Below, piece by piece: positions 27,016-39,300 of a DNA stretch of 64,000 bases. Within the stretch, counting starts at the first letter, position 1, and each line of letters begins with the position of its first letter. The notes under the pieces were generated by a model. It was given only the letters and a program-made list of their open reading frames with translations, made no database searches and was not told where the DNA came from. The stretch lies in assembly GCA_951406725.2 (NCBI GenBank), contig OX597814.1:139376001-139440000 (forward strand), written 5' to 3'. The position numbers and the translations under genes are program-made. This stretch comes from Octopus vulgaris. Its lineage: Eukaryota.

Positions 27016-27689
27016 CATCCATAGTAAATCCTGGATCATAGACTAACTGAATGGAGATTTTTGATATTCAACTTGCTGAGAACAGAAAGCAGGTGGTGGA
27101 TCAGCTGAATTATTAAAACATTTGACAAAACATCTTATGGTATTTAGTTCTCTTATGGTATTTAGTTCTCTATATTCCGAGTTCAATCCTACCTAGCTTT
27201 TCATGCTTCTAAAATCAATCAGGTACAAGTCAAGTCCTGGAGTTGATATAATCGACTAAATACTTCCCCAAAAAATTGTCCCTATGTAAAAATACATTAA
27301 ATTTATATGTATTTGGTAGCGGAGCAGTTTAAATGCCTTATATAAAATTAGCCCTTTTTCTCTATTTTGCCATTGTTGCTAACAAGAAGATAGTGAGTTA
27401 TTGTCGTTTACCTCCAATAAACCAGACCTATGATCAATATGATTCCAGCCATGACTAACCTGTTTTTCTTTCCAAGTATAGTTTATCTAGAACCATATGC
27501 AATATGTTTTTACCTATTTTTCAACTGTAGAATGTGACTTGACACATTTGGCTGCTATTTCTAGCAGGACCATGTAGAGATTCCTCTGTTGACTCATGGA
27601 CAGTGAAATCAGTGCTGAATGTACTGAGTGAAGCTGGTATCATCATCATCGTCATCATCATCTTCAGCTTACATCCATTTTTCCATCCT

Positions 27690-28250
27690 TAAAATAACCT
27701 GGACAAGTCTTTTTCCACCACCATATCCACTGTATTCCTTTGTCATCTCTGTCATGAAATTCAGCCACTTGAGATCAGCTTTTACCACTTCTTCCCATAC
27801 TTACCCGTTCCACAGGTTCCTTTCACTTGGCACTTCTTTACCCAACTATCATCTTGGGTATGCATCACATGTCAATCCCAGCTCAGTCTTCTCCCTTTTA
27901 CACACATTTTATTTCTCATACACCCAGTTTTCTTTTTTTTTTCTTCTTTTTTTTCACAGTTCATTTGTGCTCCGTCATATGCTAAAATAACACGTTCATT
28001 GGAGCATGCTTACCTCATTTCTGTGTTTGCAAACATCATACATCCACTGCATGAGTCAAATAACTAAGTTCCTCTTCTATGCAACATTGCACTTCATACA
28101 CAAGCATACAATTCTCCCTTCACTCAGACGAAGAATCCTTTTGTTGTCAACAAAGGCAATAGCTCCCTGAACTTCTTCCATCTTGTCCCTACCCTGGCTA
28201 CTATACTTTCAGAATACCTACTACCACTGCTAATTAGTCACCTGAGAAAC
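27690..28250 (-). mobile_element. decayed RTE LINE reverse transcriptase C-terminal fragment
   Basis: The - strand WKKFRELLPLLTTKG motif is homologous to the 55980-56020 region. Confidence 0.65.
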
Positions 28251-29149
28251 ATGCTATGAACTAATTTAAGGAAGCCTTTGAAAAAGTTAATTTCAGAAGT
28301 GCTCTTCTAACTACTCCTTTATAGTATTTTATTCAGATACCTTAAACCCTTTAGCATTTAAAACCAGCTACATCCAATCCAATATTCTACCTGTTTTATG
28401 TTCAAACTAACCAGATCCTGCCTTTCACACCTACCATACATTATCATTCTAAAAATAAGCAGTCACATCATTGAAACCTTAAAGTTATGAGATAATGCAT
28501 GTTGGGCCTGTTGCTCCTGACAAAATCACGTACACACACATGCATGTGTGTGTGTGTGTACATGCACCACACACACATATATGTATGTTCATGAACGTGT
28601 ATCATCATCATCAAAAGGTGCCATCAATAGCATTGTTTTTGAGTCCATTTTTCTATAGTGTCATAGTTGGGTTGACAGTAGCTAAGTCAGTTCTTTTTTG
28701 AGTTAAGCTCTCCTTAATAAATCAGAGGATACATTTCCATTTTGGCATGTTTTTGCACATTTCGATGCTCTTTCTAATACCAGCCAAATTACAGAGTGTA
28801 TTGGCGTATTTTTTTCATGGCAGTAGCACTAGAGAGGTTGTCATGCCTCTCACAAGGCTAAACAATTATCTCAACTGTGTTATCTCTACTCAATTCTTCA
28901 GCCACTTTACAGAGTGTACTGAGTGGAGTTCATTTTATTGTGGAACTGAAGAGTCTGTACAACCCTGTTGGGAAAAATAGGAAAGGGAGTGATGACTTTA
29001 AGCAAGATATTGAGAAAAGGTGAAGTATGACAGAAATAACAGTTTTATGGTGGTGGTGGTGGTGGTGGTGGCAGTAGCGGTGGCGGACAGAGTAACAAAA
29101 GAGAGAGTGTTGAGAGTAGTAATTTTCTTTTAACATTTTTGTCCCAAAC

Positions 29150-30080
29150 AACACTCGACCACAAAGAAGGGGCCAACAAATTCAAAAGAAATCTTAAAGG
29201 ACTGAATATCATAGAGCAGAGGAAAACAAGACATTGGTAGTAAGTTCTAGAGATCAACAGTTCAAGGAATATGCTATTAGAATAAAGGACTTATGGATTA
29301 TTGGAACTTCAATAAAAAAAATGATATGCCTGAAAAGAGAAGTGGGTGACATTTAAAGGTCTTGACAGAGGGTACTAGGTCAGAAAGTTCATCAGAGCAA
29401 TGACCATGGAAAACTTATGGAAAAGGCATAACAAAGCTACATTTCAATGATGAACCAAAAACTTCAATCTAGTAGAAAAAAGAGAACCCACTGTGTTAAC
29501 ATGATTTTGAATTTGATCAAGTGATTTAAGACTCTCAGAGAAGGTGCCAACTCAAAGATGACAGCAGCATTCAATACAAGGTCAAATGGTGGCCTTATAA
29601 AGATACAACATACTCTCAAGCATAAGAAATTTGTAAGCATGGAGGAGAGATCCAACCTTTTTGGAAGCTGACATAGTGATTGACCAAGCAAATTTATTCC
29701 AAAAGAAATCCCTAGTCAAAGTCAAGAAGTCAGATATTGAAACTTTCTGGAAGGTCAACCCTGCTATTAGCGATGGGAGAAAGAAATGGCGACCTATGAT
29801 GATTAATTGACATACACTTTGCCTTGCCTGCATTAAAATTCATCAGCTAGTCATTATCCCTCTCCATAACCATGCAAAGATCTTTCCCAAGAACAACAGA
29901 TTGCTCAAGACTGCTAATTTTATCATGACAAGAGTAAACAGCAGTATCATGAGAATAGATGGTGAATTTAGAAATAATATGATCTGAAAGTTCATTAATG
30001 AAAAGGAGGAAAAGAATAGGAGCAAGTACAGAACCTTGAGACACTCCTGCATTGATAGCATATGACTTTGCTTGCTGACC
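29150..30080 (-). mobile_element. decayed CR1/Jockey-group LINE RT fragment
   Basis: SQGSVLAPILFLLFINEL...IYSHD (RT PQG and FADD motifs), plus a C-terminal NVALLCLFHK..HGHCSDEL motif. Confidence 0.7.
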
Positions 30081-30144
30081 ATTATGTTGCTGTTTAGCCC
30101 TGACTGAGCAGACTTATGATTGAAGGCATTCCACTTGTAACCTT

Positions 30145-30563
30145 TTATTTTATTCTTTTATTTGTTTCAGTCATTTGACTGCAGCTATGCTGGAGCACTG
30201 CCTTTAGTTGAACGAATCAACCCCAGGACTTATTCTTTGTAAGCCTAGTACTTATTCTATCGGTCTCTTTTGCCGAACCACTAAGTTACGGAGACGTAAA
30301 CACACCAGCATCGGTTGTCAAGTGATGGGTGGGGGAGACAAACACAGGCATACAATCACTTACACATACACACACATATATATATATACGAATATATATG
30401 ATATGCTTCTTTCAGTTTCCGTCTACCAAATCCACTCACAAGGCTTTGGTTGGCCCTGGGCTATAGTAGAAGACACTTGCCCAAGGTGCCATGCAGTGGG
30501 ACTGAATACAGAACCATGTGGTTGGTAAGCAAGCTACTTAACATACAGCCACTCCTGTGCCTA
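30145..30563 (-). mobile_element. full-length tRNA-derived SINE
   Basis: Same family as 3701-4090. Confidence 0.8.
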
Positions 30564-30794
30564 AATTTGTTCACCTTTTTATAATTCTTAAGAAAAAAAG
30601 TTAAAGTTTGTTCAAACCCTACAAAGGCCATTAGGACACAGCATTCCACAATTTCTCCATAGGGTCCTAGCATCTCAGGTTGGAAAATACTGTATTAAAC
30701 TAATCTGCATTTTTAAGTTTTTTCTTATCATCATTCCATCTGTTTAATATGCATGTTTTTTATGCATGGCTTTTATGGCCACCTTGCTCTTCTT

Positions 30795-30826
<32 letters not shown>

Positions 30827-30871
30827 TTTATTTACATTTGACAGATATTTGTCCTCATCTTGTTTGTTGTT

Positions 30872-30917
30872 AACACAATGTTTTGGTTGATATACCCTCC
30901 AGCCTTCATCAGGTGTC
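30872..30917 (-). ncRNA. minimal hammerhead ribozyme-like motif (decayed), left arm
   Basis: The - strand reads GACAC-CTGATGA-aGGCTG gagggtatat CAACC-aAAACaTT-GTGTT. GAAACGTT is inferred before CpG decay. Confidence 0.55.
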
Positions 30918-31235
30918 TTGGAGAAATTTCGAACGTGGGTTCTCATGTTCTCATTCCTAAAGTATTTTTTGATGTTATTATTATTATTATTATTATTATT
31001 CAGGTCACTGCCTGGAATCGAACTCTTAATCTTGGGGTTAGTAGCCCGTGCTCTTAACTACTACGCCATATGCCCATGGGCATATGGCATAGTGGTTAAG
31101 AGCACGGGCTACTAACCCCAAGATTAAGAGTTCGATTCCAGGCAGTGACCTGAATAATAATGATAATAATAGTAATAATAATAATAACATCAAAAAATAC
31201 CTTTGGAATGAGAACCCAGGTTCCAAATTTCCGCA

Positions 31236-31279
31236 ACACACCTGATGAGGGCTAGAGGGTACATCCGTTGAAACGTGTT
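31236..31279 (+). ncRNA. minimal hammerhead ribozyme-like motif (decayed), right arm
   Basis: ACACAC-CTGATGA-gggctagagggtacatccgtt-GAAACG-TGTT. Confidence 0.55.
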
Positions 31280-32287
31280 AACAACAAACAAGATGAGGAC
31301 AAATATCCATCAAATGTAAATAATGTACATAATTCCTCATCATATATATTATGTATATAATTTCATATTGAGGTGATCTTGACTTGTTAGTCATCGGTTT
31401 AATGAATTAACTTATTATTTTTAACATATGTTTCTCATAAAAAAGAAATATTTTTAAAATATCCACAACTGCATGTGAATATTTTTTAAGTTACACTTCT
31501 CTTTCTTAATTGAAGCATAGTTTTACATTCTTTATTAAATTATAGTTATTTTCTATCACTAGAATAATATCTAAATTATGTTAGCAAAATAGGTTATTAA
31601 AATTTTCATTTAATTTGTAAATTACTGACTACAGTTGTATGAAAGAAACTAGTAGAAAAATAAAAAAGAAATATTTATTTGAAGTTTAGTTGACAAAAGT
31701 AAACATATAATAATGTTTGAAAATTTACATATGAACTATATTTGCACTTTAATTAGTATTTGATATAGATTTATAGATTTATTAATTTATATATTCATTT
31801 CATTCTTTCTTTTTACCTTGTTTAGTTTCTGTAATCCTTATTTTAAATGTCCTCTTCATAGCCATAACAGCATTTTAATTTCTTCACAGAAAACTGCAAT
31901 TGGGAACCGGCCATCATTGAATCGTCTGTGAAGACCTTTGGTGAACATGTCAGTCTATATATTTGAATATATATATACAGCCTGCTGTGCTCCTTCTCTT
32001 TTTTCCCCTCCCTATCCGCCACTCTTTACTACTCGAAAACTGGTGATGACAGTCCTGCCTCCGGAGACTGGAAGGAGCATACACACATATACACACACCT
32101 GCAATTTTAGGCAAACTTCCTGCGGACATTGGAGTTTTGTGACTGGCTAGTTGGCTGGTTGTCACTCTGTACCCTTAATGTCTTCCCTTTTCTCACTCTG
32201 TACACATTTACATAAATGTACACACACATACAAACATATGCATGTATATATTTATATAAAAGTGTATATATAAATACGTATACATAC

Positions 32288-32368
<81 letters not shown>

Positions 32369-32639
32369 CCTCCCCAGCTCTCCATTCTGTGAATTAACCC
32401 TAGCTGCTGATTTTAACACCCAAAACAATTTTTATACTGTGACATTTGCTTGACTTCTTTTGCAAGAATGTTCGTCTTTGTTAATTATTATTTGCAAAGC
32501 TTCAATGTCACTCGGTCTCATTCCTCCCCGACTCTTCTTTATCTAAAGCATTTTGTGCGCAAGTAAGAAATTATTTATGATCAAACACATGCTTTCTCTG
32601 TCTCTCTCTCTCTCTATCTATCTATCTCTTTGTTGCACA

Positions 32640-32830
32640 CACATATGAAATATCTCTCATATACACGCATATACAATCTCACACATAAACATATACAAGC
32701 TCTCTTACATACATACACACACATATACAATCTCATATACATAGACATGCAATCTCTCTCATATACATACACACACATATACAATCTCATATACATAGAC
32801 ATGCAATCTCTCTCATAAACACATATATAC
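32640..32830. repeat. low-complexity tandem repeat (~50-55 bp unit)
   Basis: Repeated acacacatatacaatctcatatacatagacatgcaatctctctcata. Confidence 0.7.
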
Positions 32831-33376
32831 TATTTCTCTAACATATACATACACATACCTACACACATACATTCGCTATCTCTTTTGTAGTTACAAATAC
32901 ACACATGCACACATAAATCCTTTGTGTCTACATGCTAAACACACAGGTAACAAATCATTATTTCTACTGTTATATATACAGTTGTAAAAGACAGTTTCTT
33001 TTAATTTTGTTCCTGCTTCTCTTCCTCTTACTTGTGTTCATATTTTGATTCAGTTTTGGTTTACAGAGTGGGAGAGAAATAGCTTAGATTATTTTTCGTT
33101 TTATTTAGAATCGCAGTTAATGGGATGAACTTTTAACCTTTTATTGTTTACATTCTGTTTTTAAGATTTAAGTCGGAGGAAAATCTCAAATTCTTATAGG
33201 GAGATTTTTAACTGTTTGTGGGGGTAGGGGAAAGAGTTACCGTGGAGCTTCTTTGATTTACTGAATATTTTCATAAACCACCTCTTGAGCATAAAAATCA
33301 ATGAACTTACATCCAAAATGAAATGAAACTAATTCAGTTAAACATCAAATTATGCAACCTAATGGAAAACAATTAA

Positions 33377-33610
33377 CCCTTTGCCTATCCAAAGCATTTT
33401 CATTAAGTTTGTCCTAAATGTCCATGCTTGATTTCAGACTTTTAGTTAGCCCTTATTTCACACATTCTAAGTAATATAAAGCTTTCCTTTCATAAACCCT
33501 GAGTTATTCTGGTGGTTAAAAGAAGTTGGGGATGTGTATCATATACGATGCATGGATTCCAGGGAAATATGTCTTGTGTGTCACATGTGAGATACAGGAC
33601 AGGCAAAGGG
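33377..33610. mobile_element. piggyBac-type MITE
   Basis: TTAA|CCCTTTGCCTaTCC ... GGAcAGGCAAAGGG|TTAA. Confidence 0.7.
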
Positions 33611-34729
33611 TTAAAATATGCAAATGCATAAATACATACTGGCAAACTCTAATATTTAACACTACTGTAATATGTGGTAGATGGTTTTGTCAAGGACCAT
33701 TTATGGTCCAGAGGTCACCCCGTTTGGGAAGCACTGTTATAGGAAATTGTGAAATTTCCTTTATTTATTAGTTGCTGAGAGATGTTAGATATTAAATGAT
33801 TTTGATAGGAAGTTGCCTAAAGAAGCTGGTGGGAAAAGCTCTTCAGGAGATTTTAGGCAAGCCATTCTTGGATGATTCTCAATAATCAGGATCATATTTA
33901 TTTATTTTTTTTAATGATATTCATCCTTTTCATTGATATTAATTTATTTTCGTGCTAAGGTTATTTTAAATAATACATTTGTATACATTAAATGTAAATG
34001 TTGACATAGATACAATTTAAACAGAAAATGGTAGGGACAAGCTGAACATCAAGTGGAACCTTGTTTTGTTTGAAGTTCTTTGTTGTTGTTGTTTTTGGTT
34101 TTTTTCAAGTGAGGTGCAGTAACACAATATCTATCTATATCCATGTTTACATTTAGTAATCTTACAAATTAGATCATTCATTTTTATTGAAATGATGTTG
34201 GATTATTTAACCATTTCACATTACCCTCTCCTAACACAAAACATTTGTTCCCCAAACTACCTTCTCCTCTCCTAGTTCCAGTTATATGGTAAATAGCGAG
34301 GAAAAAATTATCATGGCAGATACAAAAAAAATAATAATGAATTTACTAATAGTAATAAATTGTATTGTTTTACAACGTTTTTTTTTTTGTATTTTTATGA
34401 AATAAAATTTGTAAAAGATTATGAAATGCATAGTATAATCCACTGTGCATTTCACATTATATATATATATATATATATAGTGTGTGTGTATGCAAGCATA
34501 TTTAACCTGTTTGTGTATATTCAGATGTGGAAAGCCAATACCCTGCATGAGTTGTTTCAAGGTATTGCCTATAAGAAGAATTTCTTCTCTCATGATATCT
34601 TGTGCAGTGTATTGTCTTTCTATGTCTGAGTGTGTACAAGTATGTTAAATATGCTTGTACATACATACATATGTATGTATGTATGCATGTATGTATATAT
34701 GTATTTGTGCATATCTCTATATGTATGTG

Positions 34730-34769
<40 letters not shown>

Positions 34770-36503
34770 TATGACATCAAGCAAAGTGAAAGTGTTCTAA
34801 TGGCTACTTAAAGATTTAAAAACATACATGTTGCTATCTTCAATATTCATTTTTTTATTTTATTTTGAGTTAATAGGTAGCAGAAGTTATTCCACCTCTC
34901 TGTGTTCAAATTCCACCAAGGTCATCTTTGCTGTTCATTTTTTTTCTCAGGACTGATAAACAATGTACCAGTCCAAGGCAGCTGCTTGGCAGAATTGTTA
35001 ATGTTATTAAAACAATATATCTTCCAATATCTGTTCCAGTCAATGTGTCAAATTGACAGAATCGTTAGCATGCCAGACAAAATTCTTAGCAGCATTTCGC
35101 TCATCTTTACATTCTGAGTTCAAATTCCGCTGAGGTTGACTTTGCCTTTCATCCTTTTGGGGTCAGTAAAATAAGTACCAGTTGAGTGTTGGGGGTGATG
35201 TAATCAATTTACCCACTCTCCTGAAATTACTAACCTTATACCAAAATTTGAAACCAACATTTGTTTCAGTTCTTTACATTCTGAGTTTAGATTCTGTCAA
35301 TAGCCATGGCTGGCCATCTGACCACAGGAGTGCACCTACTCCACCCTCCGCCTCCTTCATACACACAAACACGAAACTTGTAATTGGCCCATCTGGATAA
35401 TTTAGGGCCTCTGTCAACCAATGTTGACCACATGTCTGTACATGTATCTGCTCAGCCTAGGGTAAGATTTTTTTTTCTTTAGGGAGAGTAGCAGTTACCC
35501 ATACATGCATGTCCCTCCTCTCCATGTCTTCGATATCCATCTAAGGGAAAGACCACCAACTTGGGCTGATACAGCTTAACATTGGTGTCATCGCAGGAAT
35601 TGGTATCAGAATACAAAGAACCAGAAGGCATCTCATCCAGCCCTTTAGCAGTTCTATCAGTCTATTTCCCTAAATTAGTACATTTTTATCAGCCCTGAAA
35701 GGATAAAAAATAAAGATGAATCTGAGAGGATTTGAACTCAGAATGCACAGAATCAGAGGAAACACTGCAAAACATTCTATCCCACACTTTAATGACTCTA
35801 CCACTTCACTGCCTTAGTGTCCATAATTATGCCTATAGCCAGCATAAGTTCAACGGCAACTACAAGCTGAGGTTTCTTTGTCAGTGGATCAACCACAGTT
35901 GAATGAAGTGGAATTATTTTGCAGTGTAAACTATCAAACAGTTTCTTTGTACATCATTGATTTAATGCTTGACACAATTCCACTGCAGCTTTGACATTGT
36001 GTAACCATAACACTATCTCAAAATCAAACAAAAATTAATATCTATATGTGTGTGTATGTCTGTGTTTGCCCCCCTCCCCACTATCACTTGACAACCGATA
36101 TTGGCGTGTTTACGTCCCCGTAACTTAGCAGTTTGGTAAAAGTGACCGATAGAATAAGTACTAGGCTTACAAAGAATAAGTCCTGGGGTCAATTTATTTG
36201 ACTAAAGGTGGTGCTCCAGCATGGCCACAGTCAAATGACCGAAACAAGTAAAAGGATAAAGGCTTGTGTGGTGTGTGTGTGTTATATTGACTATTATGAC
36301 TCTTTCCACAAACATAAATGTTTCAGTTTGAACACATGGGCTCAGATATAATGTACACACACACATGTATGTATATTTGTGTGTGTTAACTCTTTTATTT
36401 TCAGTCATTGAACTGTAGCCATGATGGGGTACAGCCTGTGAAGATTTAGTCCCAATACTTATCTCAGTTTGGTATATATTTTATCAGTCTCTGAACTAGT
36501 GTA

Positions 36504-36541
<38 letters not shown>

Positions 36542-36611
36542 TGAGAAAAACCTGTGATCAGTGTGGGCAAGGAATTAATTAAAATATGTAAAATGATGTC
36601 AATGAAAGAAG

Positions 36612-36866
36612 ACAAAGATAAAAATATTGTATTACTTTACATGATCCTAGAATATTTCAGGAAAAATATCCTTTTTCAAATACAAGAAGTAAAATAACTG
36701 AAGTCTGGAGAAATGTGTTGCTGTTAGCAGTAAGCCATCCTAATAGTTCACCAATAAGAATGCATTTCTCCAGGCTTAGATTATTTTCCTTCTTTTATTT
36801 GAAAAGGAATATTTTTCCCAAAATATTTTAGAATCGTGTAAAGTAATACAATACTTTTATCTTTGT
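36612..36866. repeat. ~255-bp fold-back inverted repeat (MITE-like)
   Basis: acaaagataaaaatattgtattactttaca...ctggagaaatg pairs with catttctccag...tgtaaagtaatacaatacttttatctttgt. Confidence 0.8.
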
Positions 36867-37159
36867 TTTTGTAAGAGTTGTTTTTCTTGAATTATCATAA
36901 CATCAGTAAATAACCTATGTAAGGTAATATATCTTTATTTATATCTTTATTCATTAATATCACCTTACACACTTTGACTGAGTCCCCACCTGCAATGTTC
37001 TGAAAATAACTCATTTACACACACTCCAATTCTTCAAGCAAATTACAGTGCATTTTTAGAGGAGGAAATAAAAGGAGCAGTCAAGGTAAAAATCACCAAG
37101 TGGAACTTGTCTACATCTCACACACACACACATTTTATAAATGTTCTTAGTTTTGTTAA

Positions 37160-39300
37160 AGAATAGCATGACCAACTCAAAAAGATCTAATAAAGCATTG
37201 CTATTCTCAGATAAATTTTAAAACATATACAAGATAGAGCATAGCTTCTATAACCAGTATTTAAATAGCATTATTACCTAAAAGGTAAAATATGCTGAAG
37301 CCCTGGGCTTACAGCAACATAAGTACTGATGGCAAATCTATAGTTTAAGCTTTGATATAGACAACAGTTGAGAAACACTTGCCAAACACAACTCTTTCAT
37401 CACAATTAAGGACCATAGAAATAATTGTAGAGCCAACCCTGGTTAATAAACCCTGCCAAATCAAAGTTAGGTCTCATCAGTAAGAAAATACCTAGAAGCA
37501 TTAGCCTATTAGCATTTAAACCAACTATATCTAGCTAAAATATTCAATTTGTTTTATGCTCAAACTGACCAAATCCAGCCTTTCACACCTACCCTACAAT
37601 GTTATTCTACTTTAAACAATCACATCATTGAAATCTCAAGGATTGTGAATCAAGAAGCATTATATTGGACATAGTAATCTGAATACTAAAGGGTTAACAT
37701 TGGTTTCAAATTTTGATACAAAGCCAGCAATTTTAAGGGAGCAGGTAAGTCAGTTACATTGACTCCAGCATTCAACTGGTACTTACATTTTGACCCTGAA
37801 AAGATGAAAGGCAAACTTGACCTCAGTGGATTTTGAACCCAGACTATAAAGAGCAGGAGGAAATACTGCTAAGCATTTTATCTAACTCACAAATGATTCT
37901 ACTAGCTCACCACTTTTTTGAAACATTAATATTATTAAAGTATATTTATTATCTTGTGATATAAACCTGTGAGCTTATTTGTTAGATCTAGAATATACAA
38001 GATAATTACATTGATAATTATTGATTTTTTAGTATTTGATATCCAGGGTTTTCCTCATTAAGGCACTTGATTTTTTTGTCTTACCTGTATGCTCCTTTAA
38101 ATAACACAAAGACTTAGATATGATACTTCATGCTAGGAAGACTCTACATTTTGACAGAGGCTCAGCCTGGAGGAAAATAAAGACCCAGTGGGTACCTTTG
38201 TTGTGAGCAAGAGGGTACCTTCAGTGTGGCAGCACTGACATCTATGATTCCATTGGACTATCATCTTAGATGTTTTAAAAAGAAGATTCCTCTTCGCTAG
38301 TTTCGCTCTCTGTACAGAGACAATGCCCTAGCCATTTCCAACCACATTAATGGGTACATGTTAGGTTAGGAAAAGACATTAGCCTGAAAATTGTTAGAGA
38401 GACACAAATCTTACAATAGTCAGCTTTCTAAATACCATTCTAAACCTTAATAATGATTCTTTTAGGAAACAAAATCTGAAACTCACATTCATTAACATAG
38501 GATCCTGCCACCCTTAATATTCAGAAACTTCATATGAAAAGCATAAGCTGAATAACCTCCAACTTAACATACAAGAAAAACATCTGTAGGATGGTTCCTT
38601 ACTACAGTAATGTTCATGATGCCAATGGGTTCAAAGGTTAAACTACCTATGATCTCAACCAGGGAATTGCCAGAAGATCAATGCACTGGAAGGTCAATTG
38701 GTTTGCACTACAACTCCCTTTCATCCTCAGCATTTATAATATAGGTAAGATCTTGCTCAATTTGATGCTGGCAGGTTCCAAAAGAACACAAAGAGAGGAA
38801 ATTATTCAACAAAAAGACAGGTAAGACCACCTATAACTGTACACTTAAGAAACACATTATCTCATACAAACCTGCCCCTACTGTGTGGCTAAATATCAGG
38901 TAAGAACCCTGCAATGGCCTACTGGATGGAACATGTAACATCGGGGCCATCATTTACAGGGCTGAAGTTAAACCTCCAGACAGGAACCAGAACATAAGCC
39001 TAAAACAATATATAAGATTGACTAATGGCTCCTTTAAGCAAAGATTTCACAACTACACCACTTCATTCAGAAACACTGAAAAACACAAAAGAATTAAACA
39101 AATTCTTCAAGTTACATCAGATAAAAGAATATGGCACAAAATTTGACATCAACTGAAAGATTAAAAACAATCTAAACCATACGCAAATGCTATAAGAGAA
39201 GCAAGCTCTGCACAGCAGAAAATAACCTAATCCTACTAAACTTACAGAAACAAAGTTTGTATTTTAATGGTAAGACAAATATCAATACTCAGGCATTTGA
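37160..39300 (+). mobile_element. decayed Penelope-like retroelement (RT + C-terminal GIY-YIG), interrupted by a MITE and a SINE at ~37500-37920
   Basis: Frame-broken motifs: SFITIKDH (37393), LINPAKSKLGLISKKI (37443), KLTFINIGSCHP (~38480), AIIYRAEV (38947), YIRLTNGSFKQRFHNYTTSFRN (39009), KLCTAE (~39203). Confidence 0.75.

Larger units (their letters stand above)
30826..31323. mobile_element. head-to-head palindrome of a tRNA-head + (AAT)n + hammerhead-like element
   Basis: Symmetry centre at 31076/31077 (gcccA|Tgggc). The arms are reverse complements out to tttacatttg and caaatgtaaa. Confidence 0.85.

Noticed and set aside
31078-31150. Functional tRNA gene
   Set aside because: A and B boxes are present but the acceptor and T stems do not pair properly, and it is fused to a repeat body. 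It is a SINE-type head.
38800-39300. Selenocysteine recoding in the Penelope-like element
   Set aside because: The copy is too decayed to distinguish programmed UGA from random stops, and no SECIS was recognised.
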